From positions 46,003,234 to 46,067,233 of the forward strand of contig JAHRHZ010000013.1 in the NCBI GenBank assembly GCA_024137785.1: a DNA stretch of 64,000 nt. Direction: 5' to 3'. This stretch comes from Ginglymostoma cirratum. Taxonomy: Eukaryota. The notes beneath the pieces are model-generated. The model made no database searches and was not told where the DNA came from. It saw only the letters and a program-made list of their open reading frames with translations. Within the stretch, counting starts at the first letter, position 1, and every line of letters begins with the position of its first letter. This document shows positions 50,690 through 62,644 of this stretch, piece after piece. Position numbers and translations under genes: made by a program.

Positions 50690-52037
50690 AAACTCCCCCA
50701 AGCAAAGTATGAAACCTGTTAAAAAGGTTAAGCCATCCTGAAGCCTGCAACACATATGTACATTTGTATGCAAAGCAGGTCAGGGAGATTGACCTGGAAT
50801 AAAGTTGAAGTCCATAAATGAACGGAATTATAGATTCTGATGTTCCTTTGGTCATGGTGAAGTCTAGTAGAACTGTGGCTGATGTCAGCTGATTGTTGTT
50901 CGAGGGTAAATTGCAATGCTCCTTTTTTTTTGGAGAAAATGTATGATGCTTGCAATTCCTTTTATTTTAAAATTCTTTACTCTGTGAATTTAGTTGAACT
51001 TGTAACACAGGTGGGCTCCATGCTTAAAGATAAAATAGACAGATGTTACTAATCTACTCAGTGGGCGTTCTTGATGTTACAGCCCTTTGTACTAAAAACA
51101 ATCACAGCTTTCATAAGTGTGAGTTCAGGCATATGATAGCTGGCTACTGGCATACTCTGAAATGATTCATGGAAAGAGTTTTGGTCTCCCATTGTCAAGG
51201 CTATCAAGATGCTATTAAAACAGTTAGGAGAATCCTCTGCACCCCATTTGGTAGGTTTCTTTTGTGCCCAATAGCTTCTACAAATTAGATTATTGTTGCT
51301 TATTGATCTTGTTTTTTCAGATAATTCAAACAATGGCAAGTGTGAAATTTTGCAGGAACACTGAACAGATATCTCTTCTCCTAATGCATATCAAAGGTTT
51401 AAAATACTTGGCTGCTCATTTTGCCAAGTGACCTCAGCAGCCATTTTAAAATTTAGTGCCCTGGCTCATTTAAAGGTGTTCTTTTTCAATTGTAAATCCT
51501 AGCTATTAAATCAGTAAATAGAATTAAAAATCAATAGCCCATATGTAACAATTTGGTGAGAATAGATAAAAATTTAGTTAATAATCCAGGTCTTTTATTT
51601 TCCAGTTAATTGTGTTCTGTTTCCCTTTGAATCAGTATACTTATTGATGTAGAGGAAGATTGGTTTATGAACCATGTTAGATTCTGAGCTGTAGATTTCT
51701 TGATATACTGGATGCAAAACTGTATAAAAGTTACCAGTAATGGATAAAAACAGTTACGTCAACAAAAAAATCCATTTAATTTACCGTGGGTAAAATTATT
51801 ATTTAGATTGTCTATTAAATTAACTGAATTTTATACCAAGTTTGTGTTTACTGTGGAAATCCCAAGTGTTTTGCTGAAATGTATGCTTTCTTTGGACCAT
51901 TTGGAAGGTCCAATTGCACATCCAAGAATTTCAATGGAAATATTTGTCACTTTTGATGTATTTAGAATGAATGTTGACTTGAGGGACAACATAAATACAA
52001 TTTATTGGTGATATTAATCCAGGCTTAAAAAATCTAA

Positions 52038-52382
52038 TGGCGTGGTGGCTCAGGAGTTAGCACTACTGTCTCACAGCACCAGAGACCCAGTTCCAGCCTG
52101 ACTGTTTGTCTGGAGTTTGCACATTCTATCCAAGTCTGCATGCACTTCCTGTGGGTGCTCCATTTCCTCCCACAGTACAAGATGTGCAGGTTAGGTGGAT
52201 TGGCCATGCTAAACTGTCTGTAGTGTCCAGGGATGTGCTGGGTAGGTTGATTAGCCATGGGAAATGCCACAGTTATGGGGATAGGGTATGGGGCTGGATT
52301 TGGACAGTATGCTGTTCAGAGGGTCAGTGCTGACCGGATGAGCCAAATGGCCTCTTTCTGCACTGTAGGGATTCTATGATTC
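52038..52382 (+). mobile_element. HE1-type V-SINE, near full length
   Basis: tRNA head, V-domain, and CR1-like tail GGCCTCTTTCTGCACTGTAGGGATTCTATGATTCT. Confidence 0.88.
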
Positions 52383-53076
52383 TGCCAGAACTACATACTT
52401 AATGTTTGCCTGAATCATTGCGCTGTGTCTTTGCTTATTCTGGATTGTCTGAGGGACCTGGTAAGGGACAGAATCTGGCAAATGTTATCTGAAGATTAGC
52501 TGCAAGGTTGGCTGCTCAACATTGGCAATTCCTAATTACATGATATGTTCGGGACCAGTTATAATACAAATAGAGTGTGATATCTCAAATGAGATGACGA
52601 AAGCATCCAGGATGTTGGGGATTCGACTCTCTGTTGGCAAACTGATGCTGGATTTGTACAATGATAATTAGGTGCTCCAAGTACTGCAGATTCCAGCACT
52701 GGAGAATTAGGCAAAATCCTGCTGCAGCTATTGTGGTAGCAAGATGCAGATTTTAGGGGACAATAGTTTTTAAAGTAATTTGAGGAACTTAACTTTGGTA
52801 TTAGTGAAAAAGCACCAATCTGGTTATGTGTGTTCAAAGTCAAGTGTATTTTTACTTTCGTGCATGGAAAGTTCCTTAAAGTTCTTCAAACCATCTAAAA
52901 ACTGCATAAGTCTTAGGTTAAATAGAACATATGAATTTGTGGTGAAGAAGAATTGCACCACAAAAAAATATAAGTTACTGAGCTATTGACAAGTAGTTCA
53001 TTGATGTGTTATGGTCTATTAACTTATATATGAAATCTACCCCAAAGTAATGTGTTGTGTTTTGTCTACAATATAG

Positions 53077-53295
53077 GTCAATGCTAACTGGCTTGCACCA
53101 GCCCAGCTCTGGGACCATTTATATTAGAGGGAGGAATATGAATCAAGAAATGTCAGTCATTAGAGAAGAGCTGGGAGTGTGTCTGCAACATGATGTGCTG
53201 TTTGAGAGATTAACAGTGCGTGAACATCTCTTGTTATATGGCATAATAAAAGCGCCACAATGGACGTACAGACAACTGTTGCAAGAAGTGAAAAT
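53077..53295 (+). CDS. ABCA13: ABCA13-like, window exon 18 (NBD1 Q-loop)
   Basis: caatatAG / AT|gtaagt; 219 nt. (M)SMLTGLHQPSSGTIYIRGRNMNQEMSVIREELGVCLQHDVLFERLTVREHLLLYGIIKAPQWTYRQLLQEVK. IKAPQWT matches ABCA13 as recalled. Confidence 0.97.
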
Positions 53296-53984
53296 GTAAG
53301 TCTGAATATGTTGCCTTGCCTGATGAACTAAATGAAAATATTTAAAAAGGGCTTTGCACAAGAGATTCCACAATGCTGTACTATTTTCTTTTAGAGTGTT
53401 TAGGCCAAATTGCAATTGAAATCCTGGAACTACCAGCGCTGTGGGTATACTTTCTCCACATGGATTATAGCAGTGAAGAAGGCAACTTGCTAAGATCTTC
53501 TGAATGAAACTTGGTGGGGTGGGGGGTGAGGCACAATAAACATTGGTCTTGCTAGTTTTGCCTAAGCTCCATGAATAATTAAAAAAAGAATCAATCAAAC
53601 AAGGTGGAGGAATTTCATGCACAAATTACATGCAATGCAAATGGAGTTTCCATCTTATTTTGCACCAGTTTGATAAGTTTTGAAAGTTGCTCACACACAG
53701 CACTGCTATTCATTCAAACTTAATGAATCGAAGAAGAGTTTTGCAAATCTGTAATTAGTATTTGAGAAGGCTTAGTACAGAGACAAAAAAGCTCAGTTTA
53801 AAACTTTTACAGTATCTTAAAATAGAATAAGAATTGACTAGTGTGCGCAAAGATAATTAATAAATATGTCTTTTTCAGTTATTTACAATTAGGTAGCTTA
53901 CAAGTAATGTACAAAATATGATTAACAATACTTTTTTTGGTGATAAACTCATTTTCAACTAAAGTTACACCAAGGTACCCCTCT

Positions 53985-54690
53985 TAAATAGTGATAAAAA
54001 CAGATAAACAGAAAATGCTTTAAAAGTTTGCCGGTCATTAAAGTAGAAATGTCACATGGCCTGAATGGGATGCATCCTAGAATGTGGAGAGACATGAGGG
54101 GTGAAATTATAGATACTCTGACCATAGTTTTTGATCCATCTTTACAAGTGAAGTTGGTGCTAGAAGATTGAAGGATTACAAATGTTGCACTCCTGTTTAA
54201 AAAATGGTACAGGGACAAACCTGGCAGGGAAGCTTTTAGGGGAAGTTCTTACAAACTGAATTTATTGAAGTTAGTGTAGTAAATGGAAGTCAGGAATTAG
54301 AATTGAATCTCGTTTGACTAGTTTGCTTGAGTTCTTTAATTCAGCAATGGAGAGGGTTGATGAGGTGAATGTAGTGAAGGTTGTTAACACAGATTTTCAA
54401 AAAGCATTTGACACAATAATTTGCAACATTGAAGTTCATGGCGTTTAAAAGACAATGGCAGAATAGATATTTTTTCAAAAAAAGGCATGAACAGAAAAGA
54501 CAAAATTGTGGTGAATGTTCCTTTTTTCATGTTGGATGGCTTGGCATTAGGATCACTGCTCCTTTTGACCCATATTAAAGGCCTGACTTGGGTATACAGA
54601 GCATCATTTCAAAGTCTGCTGTTGACACAAAACCAAGGTGTATACAAAATGACTTCAGGAAGACGTAAGGAAACTGGTGACATGAGCAAT
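53985..54690 (+). mobile_element. CR1 RT remnant
   Basis: SHGLNGMHPRM (GPDGxHPR), ED*RITNVALLFKK and DFQKAFD motifs; decayed. Confidence 0.75.
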
Positions 54691-54699
54691 CTCATCTCA

Positions 54700-55197
54700 T
54701 GTTGGTCGAGGTTGGATGCTGTTTTTCGAATATATGCTGGTTGAGTGGGGTCAGTTCCTTGCTGTTGCAAATGAAGGGATGTGCTGTTTGACATAGTCCA
54801 CCAGTCTTTGGGGCATGCAATCTACATATCTGGCATTACACTGGCATTGAAATTCATCCACCATCTTCTTGGCTTAATACATTTTCCTGTTAGTGGCAAA
54901 CACCACTTGTGTTACTCTATCATTGTGGAAGCTAGCTTTACCTGTTGATCAAACTTTGGAGGTACCTTTTCTGATGTAGACCAGACAGCTTTCAGGATGA
55001 AAAATGATGGCCTTGGCTAGGTCATGAGTGTTTTTTTGATATGCAGTGAGAAATACTCTGATCAAGATAGGCAATGTACAGGCAATATACATATGTGTTC
55101 AGATTCCTATAGTTCCATACACTATGAGATTGACCTTATTAACAACTTCATAAATAGGGTCCAAGTTGTTGTTCACGAAGTAAGCTTGATGCTAAAG
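54700..55197 (-). mobile_element. Penelope-like element fragment (GIY-YIG endonuclease region) with inverted 5' segment
   Basis: Minus strand: AYLDQSISHCI, KAIIFHPESCLVYIR, KFDQQVKLA, VTQVVFATNR, VDEFQCQCNARYVDCMPQRLVDYVKQHI (degenerate GIY...YIG...R). Plus strand 55077-55197: TGNIHMCSDSYSSIHYEIDLINNFINRV / CSRSKLDAK (RT thumb). Confidence 0.75.
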
Positions 55198-55387
55198 TTT
55201 GTGCATCAAATCCATTCTGCAGGATCCACCAAGTTTAACACATACGTTACCTTTGAGTCTTGATAATCAATATTTCGTAGGTAAAATTATCATAATTATA
55301 TTCCCATCCCTTCATGACCTCACTTTTGCCTACATTCATAACATTGTCTAGTCCTTCACAATTTGTCCAAATCTGCATTTTCCAATT

Positions 55388-55534
55388 AAAAAAATGAAAG
55401 AACTGGGAATGCTGGAGATCAGAAACAGAATTAACTCTGAGGAACGGTCATTAGACCTGAAATGTTAACCCTGATTTCTCTCCACAGATGCTGCCAGACC
55501 TGCTAAACTCTTCCAGCAAATTTCTGTTTTTGTT
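55388..55534 (+). mobile_element. Penelope-type short insert with degenerate hammerhead core
   Basis: CTGAGGA A CGGTC ATTA GACCT GAAATGTT (55437-55466), then the family body. Imperfect TSD TCTGCATTTTCCAATT / TCTGCATATCTCCAATT. Confidence 0.7.
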
Positions 55535-56234
55535 TCTGCATATCTCCAATTTTGACCTCATATGTTTCTTCATTCATTTTGGTAGACGCTGTTTGAGAAT
55601 TGCAGATGTAAAGCTATCAAATTCTTTTGTTAAATGAATCATTTTCAATTGTTATCATATTTTTGAAGACTTTGCTTAGGACCCATTTCTTCTAAGATTT
55701 TTTCCACTTTCCTTTATCTGTTTTATCTCATGACCCTTCTGCAAAGTTTCTTGCAACATTTTTGACATTGAAGATTGTATTTAAAGTTGTTATTGACAGC
55801 TGTGCTTATCAGAAGTCAGCATATTTTCTATGATTTTCAGTTCATTTATGTTAATAAATGGCAAATTGAAAGATGTGCAGTAAACCTCTTCAGTTTTTTT
55901 AATATGCATGCATGTCACATGAAACTCTGCAGTAAGTCTGCTAAATCATAATTAATGTTAACTATTTTGCTATGATAAAACATACATTTGTTCTGACCTA
56001 CTTTTTTGTGAATGTCACTATTTGATACTTGTCAAAAACCCAAAGTTTTGGTGCATGCAATATTTCATCTCTCACAAGTAAATGAAATAAAAATATTGGA
56101 ATTCTCCCTTTTAAGTGGAACTTGAAATAAGCTTCTGTCTCCCAATATTGAGCAAATCTGTCATTTCAAATTGTGTACAATATCTGAAACAATCAGGTGC
56201 CAGCATTCATAGGTTCAATGTAATGAGGTTAATG

Positions 56235-56542
56235 AGGCAGCACAGTGGCGCAGCAGTTAGCGCTGCTGCCTCACAGTGCCAGGGACCAGGTTCAATTCCA
56301 CTGTCAGGCGACGGCCTGTGTGGAGTTTGCACATTCTCCCTGTGTCTGCATGGGTTTTGTCCAGGCGTTCCAGTTTCCTCTCACAGTCCAAAGATGTGCA
56401 GGCTAAGTGGATTGGCCATGCTAAATTGCCCGTAGTGTTCAGGGATGTGTAGATTAGGTGGGTTATGGGGGGATGCTCTGATAGTCGGTGTAGACTTGTT
56501 GGGCCGAAGGGCCTGTTTCCACACTGTAGAGATTCTATGATT
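56235..56542 (+). mobile_element. HE1-type V-SINE, near full length
   Basis: GGCAGCACAGTGGCGCAGCAGTTAGCGC (A box), GGTTCAATTCC (B box), V-domain, and tail GGGCCGAAGGGCCTGTTTCCACACTGTAGAGATTCTATGATT. Confidence 0.9.
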
Positions 56543-56938
56543 GAATTGCAGCTCTAGCCAAATTATCCTGCTATTGGTTTTATTGGCTATCGTATAGGCA
56601 AGCTTGTGAAAGATTTTACCTGAAACCCTGAATCAGGGGCCTTGAATCAGCAATATAATAATTTTAGTGATAAAGAAACGATACTCTTAAAAATAACAAA
56701 CAGAAGTACTTCCCTCTTCTATTTGATAACATTGAATTCAGAACTTTCAGCGTGGACTCTTCAAAAGAGTCATTCAAAACACAAGTATGGGAATACCTTT
56801 GGAATTCTAAGAATGTCTGAACTCGGCAAGACCACACAAAACCAATGGATATTCTCAATGGCATTTGATTCTGAATTCCCTGAACCGTACTTTAACAATT
56901 TGTAAGCTGACTTAAGCCGTATAAATCCTTTGTTTCAG

Positions 56939-57135
56939 GGCCCTTGAAAATGTAGAAATTAGTCAGCACCAACACAAACAGGTTGGAGCTTTGTCTGGGG
57001 GAACAAAGAGAAAGCTGTCATTGGCAATTTCATTCATTGGAGGCTCCTCTACTATCATTTTGGATGAACCCACCAGTGGCGTCGATCCTTGTTCTCGGCG
57101 TAACATCTGGGATGTTATATTAAAATATAGAACAG
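56939..57135 (+). CDS. ABCA13: ABCA13-like, window exon 19 (NBD1 signature, Walker B, D-loop)
   Basis: ttgtttcAG / CAG|gtaagg; 197 nt. (M)[65 protein letters not shown]. Not in the ORF track. Confidence 0.97.
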
Positions 57136-57671
57136 GTAAGGAAAACAAATAAAGTTGACAATAACAATGAACTATCTGGTTAACTGACACTTTATTGTAG
57201 TCCCACCACACTGTGGCTGGTGCGTTTTGGAAGAAAGAGAGCTATGTCACTCAAGCCTCTTGAAAATTCTGGCTTGTCTTGGATTTATCAGTTTTTCACA
57301 AATGTACAGGATTACCAGAAAATGCCTTCATTATTTCTTGTTTCCTTTGAAATCCCAAAGGAATAGGCCCCTCTTTGCTGAGTACTGTTATCAGTGCCCT
57401 ATGAAGTGAAACCCTCTTCCTTCCACAACACCCATTGAGCTACATGTTCTGGATCCCCATTCATGCCTGGCCCACAGTCATATCCTCCTGTTCTTAAACA
57501 TTGGCCAAATGTGGAGTCGTACTTAAACTAAGGAATTTTACAATCTCCTAGAACAAAGTGTCCAGATAACTAACCTCCTCGCTGAGGCAATGTTTACAGC
57601 TCATGAGCTACTCATCTATCTCACTGTAATAATAACCAAAATGTGTCTGTATCTTTTTCTCATCTTACTAG

Positions 57672-57829
57672 GTCGAACAATTATTTTTACTACTCACCAT
57701 TTGGATGAAGCAGACATCTTGAGTGACCGTATTGCCATCCTTGAAAGTGGCCAATTGAAATGCTATGGTTCTCCTGCCTACTTAAAGGAACAGTATGGGC
57801 AGGGTTACAGCCTCAATATCTTGAAAAAG
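57672..57829 (+). CDS. ABCA13: ABCA13-like, window exon 20 (H-loop)
   Basis: cttactAG / AAG|gtttgt; 158 nt. (G)[52 protein letters not shown]. Confidence 0.97.
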
Positions 57830-57909
57830 GTTTGTACCTTTCAAGTAGTGATAAAGAGTTTCGATAACACTAAATGCTTTTAATGCTGCCAGTAGTGATT
57901 ATTGTATGT

Positions 57910-58011
57910 TGAAATAAAAACAGAAAAAGCTAGAGAAACTTGACATGTCTGGCAGCATCTGTGGAGTGAGAAACAAAGTTAATGAGTTCAGTAGGATTAT
58001 TCTTCAGAACT
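57910..58011 (-). mobile_element. Penelope-type short repeat arm, decayed
   Basis: AAAACAGAAAAAGCTAGAGAAACT...CTGGCAGCATCTGTGGAG...AGTTAA...TTCTTCAGAACT; same layout as 30452-30555. Confidence 0.6.
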
Positions 58012-59289
58012 AAAGTTGAGTTTAATTAAGGCAGAACATGGCCGGGGAAGTTCTGAATTCCAGACTATAAGGCTTGTGTTTTAATTCAGGTCGAGAATTT
58101 AGTGAAGAAGTATGAGTGGAATTAAAATGATGATGGAATTTGAATGACATCACCAGGCTTTGGTGACCCTAACGTATGCATTTCAATAATCTGATGGCAA
58201 CCTAGTAACAACACTGCTCCCACATCAGGCTTCCCCTTAAATATCTGTTCCAAATTGGTACTAAAATATCAGGCGCTGCAGTTGCATCATGGACTAACTC
58301 TCCAGTTAAATTGATGTATACTTTGAAGACCCTCAGTTGCAGGCACCAACTGTTTTTACTGAGATGTGTGAGCAGTGAATCAAATTTCCTACCAGCAAGG
58401 AGTAACCAACAAAATTCTGAAGATGTTTTCAATGTAAGGTTAGCAACCCAACATCAGGATGAATTCTGGGTTTGCATCGCACCATTTTTAAACTTAAATT
58501 GGCAAGGAATTGAGCTTGGCTCACAAATGGAGATGACAAATGCTTCCAGAAGGTGGGAGTGTCTGCTTGTCACCATTAACAAAGAAAGACAGCGGCCATG
58601 TTGAAGGTTGCCATTGCCTTACTAATTTGAGCAGCCAGGTCCTTGGAAGACATAAATTTTGGGCAGCTCTGTTGATGGCAGCAGTCCCTTATATTTCAAC
58701 TCTAAGAAACTGCAAAGAAAATGACCAGGCTCCCATGACAAATCTGGCAGCTGTGTTCTGATGCACAGTCCGTTTGTTTGAATTCACCAGGAAAAAACAA
58801 ACAGGCTCCAAACGCAAAAGAGCAAACCTGTTAATGAACTCCTTAATGACCATAGGTGGAGCAAGTCTTTCCCCATTTCCTTCCCCTCATCAACCTTTCA
58901 AAACTTCAAAGCTGGTCTTGAAGCATCAGGAGTAGGATATGAGCTCCGGGACCATTTCAAATTCTGTTCACACTTGATCCTGGCCCCATAAAATACCTTT
59001 TGAAAATGCCCACCTTAATTCAGTGAATAGCTGCCTACATTAACTAAGGGCAAAGACACGTGACCTTTCAGCTCCAGCAATAGGTTTCTGTAAAACTCAA
59101 TGCAAATCATTCATAACTTTTCATGAGCTTTCCTTAACAGTTTCAAAGTATAAGTTAAATTTCTAGCTGACGTGTTCCACGTATAGAAGGATTTTACTAG
59201 TGATCATTGAAATTAATATAGTCATATTGGCTTACAAACTGATAGTACAATGTTTGGCCAACTAACCTATGTTGCTTGTATTTTGACAG

Positions 59290-59520
59290 CCTACTGTAGT
59301 AGGAACTGATGAGTCATGTGACGTTGGCCTTGTAACCTCCCTGGTGAAACAGCACGTTCCCCTGGCTTTTCTGAAGCAAGATGCCTTTGGTGAGCTGACA
59401 TATAGCATTCCAACAATGGACGACAAGACTGCTTATGAAAGGTTGCTTCAAGATCTGGACAAAGAAATGAAAAATTTACACCTGAGCAGCTACAGTATCT
59501 CTGATACCACACTAGAGGAG
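59290..59520 (+). CDS. ABCA13: ABCA13-like, window exon 21 (R1 domain)
   Basis: ttttgacAG / GAG|gtaggt; 231 nt. PTVVGTDESCDVGLVTSLVKQHVPLAFLKQDAFGELTYSIP...LHLSSYSISDTTLEE. Confidence 0.96.
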
Positions 59521-59589
59521 GTAGGTTTCAAGATAAGTCCAATATTTTTCTTGCTTCAGATGTAAATGTACTTGCACATACCGATTGAT

Positions 59590-61290
59590 CTTAGATTCTT
59601 AGATGTTTACAGCGCGAAAGGAGGTTATTCAGTCCATCATGTCCATGTCGGTCAATAAATATCTAACCGCAATAATCACATTTTCCCCTTTTTGGCCCAT
59701 AGTCCAGGAGGCCAAGTCAAAACAAGTGAATATCTAAATACTGCTTACATGTTACAAGAGTTTCTGGCTCAATTACTGCCCTTTGAGGCAATGAGTTCCA
59801 AACCCCACCATCCTCTGCTTGAAAAGGATACTCCTTAACTCTCCTTTTAGTCATCTATCTCTTACCATGAAATCCATGACCCCTGGTTATAAACCCCTCT
59901 ACTAAGGAAAAAGTGCCTTCTGATCTGGCCTATCTATGCCCCTCATAATTTTATACAGATCTGTCAGGTCCCCTCTCAGACTGTACTCACCAAGAAAAAC
60001 AACTCCAGCCAACTGAATCTTTCATCTTGGACCAACACCACCACCACCCCACCCCCCCGCCAAATCCAGGCAACGTGCAGGTAAATCTCTTCTGAATCCT
60101 GTCTAGTGCAAACACACCCTTTCTACAATGTGATGACAAAAATGTACTCATGTAGTGTATGGTTTGTCTGGTTAGCATGCAAAACTGTACTTTTCACTGT
60201 TCTCGGTAAATCTGACAATAATAAATCAAATCAAAGCTACACGTAGCACTCCAGCTTGGGCCTAACCAACATTTTATGCAGTTCTAACCTCCCAGCTCTT
60301 GTATTCCGTATCTAAGATAATAAAGGCAAGTATCTGATATGTCTTCTTAACCACCTTATCTATCTGCTCTGTTATCTTCAGAAATCTGTGGATTCCAACT
60401 GTACCATTCACTCTGTAATCTCCTGTCTTGTCCCCTTCTCTTGTTCTTTACATATTTTAAAAAGCTGATTTGGATTTTCCTTTTTTCTATCTACTAATGC
60501 TTTACCATGCACTTTCTTTGCTTTCCAAATCTCCTTGTTAAGACCAAGATGCCCTTCCAACCCCTGGTCCTTTTTTGTACTTGCCTAGTGAATCTGCTAT
60601 ATTGATGTCTTCGTAGCTGCCATAAGCTTCATTCTTTTTCTTAGCCCTAATCTTTATGCCTCTTGACATTTAGTGTTCTTCAGTCTTGGGCCTACCCTTT
60701 GTCTTTACAGATCCTACTTAGGTATTATAATTTTTTTTTTATTTGCTCCAAACTCTGGTTACTTACTCCTTGAATACCTCTCCCTGATCTGACAGTTTTA
60801 TCTGCAAGTAGCTGCTCCCTGTCCATTTGAGCCAAATTGTATCTTATCTTAGGAAAATAACCTTTCTCCAGCTTAAAACATGTATTCCTGATGTGTCCTT
60901 ATTGTTTTTCGCAACTACCCTGAATCTAACTGAGTTATGATCGCTATAACCTGAATGCGACCCTATTCAAATCCCTCGTCTCATTTCCAAATACTACATC
61001 TAGAACTGCACCCTCCCTTGTTGGATTTTCTATGTACTGACAACAAGTGTTCTCCTGGATATAGTTTAAGAATTTTCTTTCTTCCTTACCTTGTACACTG
61101 AAACTATTCTATTTAAAATTTGGGTAGTTAAAATCCCCCACTTTTACTGCAATGTTATTGTTACGCTTTTCTGAAATTTAATTGCATATTTGATCCTGTA
61201 CCTCTCCTTAACTGTTTGGGTACCTTTAGTGTAAACCCAACAGCATGCTTGGTCCATTTGTGTAGGGTAATTCTACCTATATGGCCTCAT
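59590..61290 (-). mobile_element. CR1 LINE ORF2 and 3' end, decayed, with small Rex-type tail insert (~60150-60235)
   Basis: HCRKGVFALDRIQKRFTCTLPG; GDFNYP-like endonuclease remnant (TTTGGGTAGTTAAAATCCCC) at ~61120. Insert TTTTCACTGTTCTCGGTAAATCTGACAATAATAAATCAAATCAAA resembles the tail at 3568-3615. Confidence 0.75.
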
Positions 61291-61705
61291 TTGATATCTT
61301 TACAGCCAGATCTTGTACTTACTTTTCAGAAGAGACAGATTGGTACTTTCCACAAGTTCTCTGCTCATGCCACTCTTTTCAGAACTGGACCTCCCTCTCA
61401 GATATCTGTTTGTCTTTCAGGGAGTCAATACAATCTTACACAAGAATGTGGATGAATTCAGGAACTAAGCAATGTATCAGATTCCTTACTTCATTGTGTT
61501 CATGTAATGGTGTATCACCAACCAAATGTGAGATGAACAATTTCACATTAAGCAATTGTTTTTGTTACATGTAAATTTGATAAATGCATGTCCAAAGTTG
61601 TGTAGATTTTGTGGAAAGTCTATTAAGCAATATCAAATTAATGTGATTAAGACTTAGATCAATTTTCATGTTCTCTCTTTTTTTCTCTATTTCCTGTTTT
61701 ATCAG

Positions 61706-61808
61706 GTGTTTCTGAAGTTGCTTCAGAGTGAGCAAAGCCCAGAGCCACATGGAAACCAGGATACAGAGTCTCTGAATTCTGAGAGCATCGAATCAACTCA
61801 CAGTGACA
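61706..61808 (+). CDS. ABCA13: ABCA13-like, window exon 22 (VFLKL motif, acidic linker)
   Basis: Long pyrimidine tract + atcAG, donor A|gtgagt; 103 nt. VFLKLLQSEQSPEPHGNQDTESLNSESIESTHSD completes TTLEE|VFLKL. A weaker in-frame donor exists after 61829. Not in the ORF track. Confidence 0.92.
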
Positions 61809-62644
61809 GTGAGTATCTAAATCAAACTGGTATTATACAGGAGTACTATTTTTCATAATTCTTTTCTACTTTTAAATGTTTAGTATCATTGTTTTGAAAT
61901 ATCACTATGCTTCAAGAGCGTAAGAGGGTTCATTTTCAACTGCCTCTTTCAATTTGAAGTCTGGGCAGACAGAGTGAGAGCCAGGGCATTGGAAGGTTGA
62001 AGCATTTTCACAGTTGGGTTTCATCAGCATTCCATGAGAGGTACTCTCATCTTAATGCTGCTCCTGACCTTACAAAAGCAACTCAAAAATATTTTCCTTA
62101 AATGTTTAGAATGGCCTTAAGTGTGCACAGTGCACACTTCATGTAATAGTGTGTCAAAATTGCAATGTGGTGTAGGGCTGCAAATAGGAACTGTCTCTGC
62201 CTGTTTCCAGTTAGTGGAAACACATAGGCTAACTCTTGAAATGATCCTACTTAGGTATTATAGTTTTTTTTTGTCACACCACAGTCACATTCCCACTCAA
62301 CAGGGCAATGTAAAATGGACTCTCACGCTTGGAGGTCCAGTCACAGTCAGTAGGCCTTCTAGCAACTGGCTTTGAGCAGCATTAATGCAGATACAGATCA
62401 ACTTTTTTTACAATCAGAGCAAAGTATGTAGCATATGAAAATGACAATACATTAAAATAACAAGTCTAATGGTGATTTTATAAGCGGTTTACTGTAGCTA
62501 CAAATTCCAACGCTGTTTTTGTGCAAGTTACACGATCACTACTATTGATAGGTTGGACAAACCAATCTAGTTCTCTTTTTCCAGTGCTGGTTCTGAGATC
62601 ACCTCCTTCCATTTATTATTTTTAATATTGTTAAGTTTTAATTG

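Noticed and set aside
53143-53622. Longest track ORF (159 aa, minus strand) and other antisense ORFs over exons (28689, 38666, 41724, 56963, 59291)
   Set aside because: These are shadow frames opposite real ABCA13 exons, with no independent motifs.
56235-56310. tRNA gene
   Set aside because: The A/B boxes belong to the SINE head and run directly into the V-domain; no acceptor stem or terminator.
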